From an uncultured Leptolinea sp. (GTDB lineage: Bacteria > Chloroflexota > Anaerolineae > Anaerolineales > Anaerolineaceae): a DNA stretch of 62,647 nt. The stretch is taken from the NCBI GenBank assembly GCA_964424035.1, contig CAYRHB010000003.1, forward strand, positions 1-62,647. The letters are read 5' to 3'. Of the stretch, positions 60,496 to 62,647 are shown one piece after another; position 1 is the first letter of the stretch, and each line of letters starts with the position of its first letter. Under the pieces are notes generated by a model. The model worked only from the letters and a program-made list of their open reading frames with translations, did no database searches and had not been told where the DNA came from. Both the position numbers and the translations under genes were made by a program.

Positions 60496-62418
60496 ATGGA
60501 GACTGTTATAGAGGAAAAAGCAGCCGGGGAAAGCTTCCTGATCCTGGCGATCACCGCGGGGACAGGCAACGGCTGGCATTTTTCAGCGGAGGTACTGCGC
60601 GCGTCGCTGCCGTTATGGGATGGCGTGGAATGCTTTGTCGATCACACCGGTCGCGATAGCACCCCGGCAGCAGGCCGGTCGGTACGCGACCTGGGCGGTG
60701 TTTGCTCATCACCCGCGTGGGATGAGAACCACCAGGGAATTCGTCTCAAACTGTCTGCCGTCGGTCCGGCTGCTGACCTGGTCCGCGCGTTGGGGTTGGA
60801 GATGCTCGAAAGGGCGAACACACCGGTTCCACGGGTGGGTTTCTCTGCCGATATGCTGCTGCGGGCAGATCACCACTCACCCGGAAAAGAGTTACGGGAG
60901 GTGCGTGAGATCATCCAAATCCTGTCCGTTGACCTGGTACACAACCCTGCCCGTGGAGGGGCATTTCTGCAGGCTCTGTCGGATGGGGAACCACCCCGGG
61001 ACTATATAGAGAAAGGATATTGTTCCATGAATGATGCCGTTGTTGAAACTGTTTCCACAACCGGACCGGAGGTATCCGCCCAAACCGCGGACCTGTGCGC
61101 CAGCCTGCTGGAAGCCCGTCTGGCGGGAAGTTCCCTGCCGTCCATCGCCTGTGACCAGATCCGCCTGCGGTTTTCCGGTCGCGTTTTCGAACCAGCCGAG
61201 CTGGACACGGCTGTGGAATCCGCCCGCAAACTGGTGGCCGGTCTGACTGGTGGAAGCGTGGTTCAGGGACCGGCCCGCATTACCGCCATGTATGACACCC
61301 GTGACCAGCTTCAAGCCGCAACCGATGACCTTCTGGGCGCAGCCAGTAACCCGCAACTGGCCGGCTTGAAACCCGCCCGGTTGAGCGGCATCCGCGAGTT
61401 GTACCTGTCACTTACCGGCGACGTGGATATGCACGGCGGGTATTACCCCGAACGCGCCCGTCTGGCCACCAGTGCCGATTTCTCCGGCCTGGTCAAGAAC
61501 TCGCTGAACAAGATGATCGCCAACCGCTGGAAGGAACTGGGCGAAGCGGGCTACAACTGGTGGGAACGTATTGCCAGCGTGGAGCATTTTGACAGCCTGC
61601 AGCAGATCACCGGCACCCTGGTTGGCACGGTGGGCGATCTGCCCGAGGTGGCGGAACGCGGCGAATACCAGGAACTGGTTGTGGGCGATTCCCCTGAAAC
61701 CGCCGATTGGAAGAAGTACGGCGGATACATCCCGCTCACCCTGGAACTGATTGATCGTGATGAGACCCGCAAATTGAAAGCTTATCCCCGGGAACTGGCT
61801 GCCGCCGGCCTGCGCAAGATATCCAATCTGGTCTCTGCCGTCTTCACCGCCAACAGCGGCATTGGTCCGGATATGGCTGATGGCGGCGCGCTGTTCAACG
61901 TGACAGCCGTCACCACACAGGGCGGGCATAAGAACCTGCTGACCGGGGCGTTATCCGCCGCCGAGTGGGACTCGGTTTGCACCGCGGTCTACAACCAGCC
62001 GTTGCTCATAAAGAATGCCTCCGGGGTGTATGGCACCGGTCCGCGCATGGCTGTCAATCCGCGTTTCCTGCTGGTCCCGCGCGCCCTGCAACTGGCTGCC
62101 ATGAAGATCCTGTATCCCTCACTGGAAAATGCCGCGAGTATTTACAGTGAGAATATGCAGCGCGGCCAACCGGGGGATGTGATCACCGTGCCGGAATGGA
62201 CGGATGCCACCAACTGGGCGGCTGTTTGTGATCCACGGATTGCCCCGGCGGTTTTCATCGGCGAGCGGTTCGGCGTTATGCCTGAAATATTCCTGGCGGG
62301 TGATGAACTCAGCCCGGCTGTCTTCACGCACGATGAGCATCGTTTGAAGGTCCGGCATTTTCTGGCTGTGTGGGTCAACGACTTCCGCCCGTTGCACAAA
62401 TCGAATGTGGCTGGTTAA
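60496..62418 (+). CDS. Fused prohead protease / scaffold / major capsid protein (Mu gpT-like capsid)
   Basis: AGGAGG RBS before ATG 60496. Protease-like motifs FVDH, VGFSAD, SVDLVHNPA. Capsid-like C-terminal part: LPEVAERGEY, KYGGYIPLTLELIDRD, PRFLLVP, KVRHF. Confidence 0.8.
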   Translation: METVIEEKAAGESFLILAITAGTGNGWHFSAEVLRASLPLWDGVECFVDHTGRDSTPAAGRSVRDLGGVCSSPAWDENHQGIRLKLSAVGPAADLVRALGLEMLERANTPVPRVGFSADMLLRADHHSPGKELREVREIIQILSVDLVHNPARGGAFLQALSDGEPPRDYIEKGYCSMNDAVVETVSTTGPEVSAQTADLCASLLEARLAGSSLPSIACDQIRLRFSGRVFEPAELDTAVESARKLVAGLTGGSVVQGPARITAMYDTRDQLQAATDDLLGAASNPQLAGLKPARLSGIRELYLSLTGDVDMHGGYYPERARLATSADFSGLVKNSLNKMIANRWKELGEAGYNWWERIASVEHFDSLQQITGTLVGTVGDLPEVAERGEYQELVVGDSPETADWKKYGGYIPLTLELIDRDETRKLKAYPRELAAAGLRKISNLVSAVFTANSGIGPDMADGGALFNVTAVTTQGGHKNLLTGALSAAEWDSVCTAVYNQPLLIKNASGVYGTGPRMAVNPRFLLVPRALQLAAMKILYPSLENAASIYSENMQRGQPGDVITVPEWTDATNWAAVCDPRIAPAVFIGERFGVMPEIFLAGDELSPAVFTHDEHRLKVRHFLAVWVNDFRPLHKSNVAG

Positions 62419-62638
62419 TCCCCCCTACCCCCTTTTGAAAAGGGGGTGAAAGATGGAGAAGGAGAAAAAGAAGGAAAACCAAACCCCGGTAGATATGTCC
62501 GTCCCCACCCAACCTCCCCCTCCGGGAAGAGGCAGGAGAGGGCAACGAATCCCCCAGACCTTGCTTTGGAGAACGGGGCAAAGAATCCCCCCTAGAGGCT
62601 GACCCAAAAGTTGTAGTGCACCCCAAAAGTCAGCCTCT
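62419..62638. repeat. C/G-run hairpins and inverted repeat after the capsid gene
   Basis: ACCCCCTTT-TGA-AAAGGGGGT (62427-62447). AGAGGCTGAC / GTCAGCCTCT (62594-62638) enclosing two copies of CCCAAAAGT. Confidence 0.55.
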
Positions 62639-62647
62639 TTACACATT

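Larger units (their letters stand above)
56667..62418 (+). mobile_element. Phage-derived DNA packaging/head module (prophage remnant or GTA-like element); may continue beyond window
   Basis: Co-oriented genes: candidate TerS, holin-like, TerL, portal, protease-capsid. Stop/start overlaps TAATG (57543-57547) and TGATG (59078-59082). Confidence 0.85.

Noticed and set aside
60496-62418. Encapsulin nanocompartment interpretation of the capsid gene
   Set aside because: The adjacent terminase and portal genes indicate a DNA-packaging head.

Overview
Bacterial chromosomal segment, most likely from an Anaerolineae-type Chloroflexota (inferred from the fused GlyQS, the RpoD architecture and many Thr/Pro-rich lipoproteins). 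Bases 1-13.9 kb hold accessory and housekeeping genes: padR, a SWIM protein, a GNAT, an OsmC-like protein, rnz, lipoproteins, a degenerate M20 peptidase, an aldo/keto reductase, metG, a LuxR-type regulator, an LVIVD protein and a membrane protein. Bases 14-29.4 kb are a complete minus-strand nuoA-N complex I operon with an extra HExxH metallopeptidase gene between nuoC and nuoD. Bases 29.6-51.8 kb are core genes: rpoD, dnaG, glyQS, recO, cdd, a CBS protein, glmU, tRNA-Gln, a response regulator, oppA/D/F and ftsK. Bases 51.9-56.4 kb encode three Tad pseudopilin-like genes. From 56.7 kb to the window end lies a plus-strand phage head/packaging module: candidate small terminase, holin-like protein, large terminase, portal and a protease-capsid fusion. 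It starts directly after host genes, with no integrase, repressor or replication genes on that side. It has a LexA-like box at its promoter and a DnaA-box cluster inside it. This is the best candidate for an undescribed system (a domesticated, gene transfer agent (GTA)-like element), but its right end lies outside the window. All calls come from motif recognition by eye; no database searches were run.
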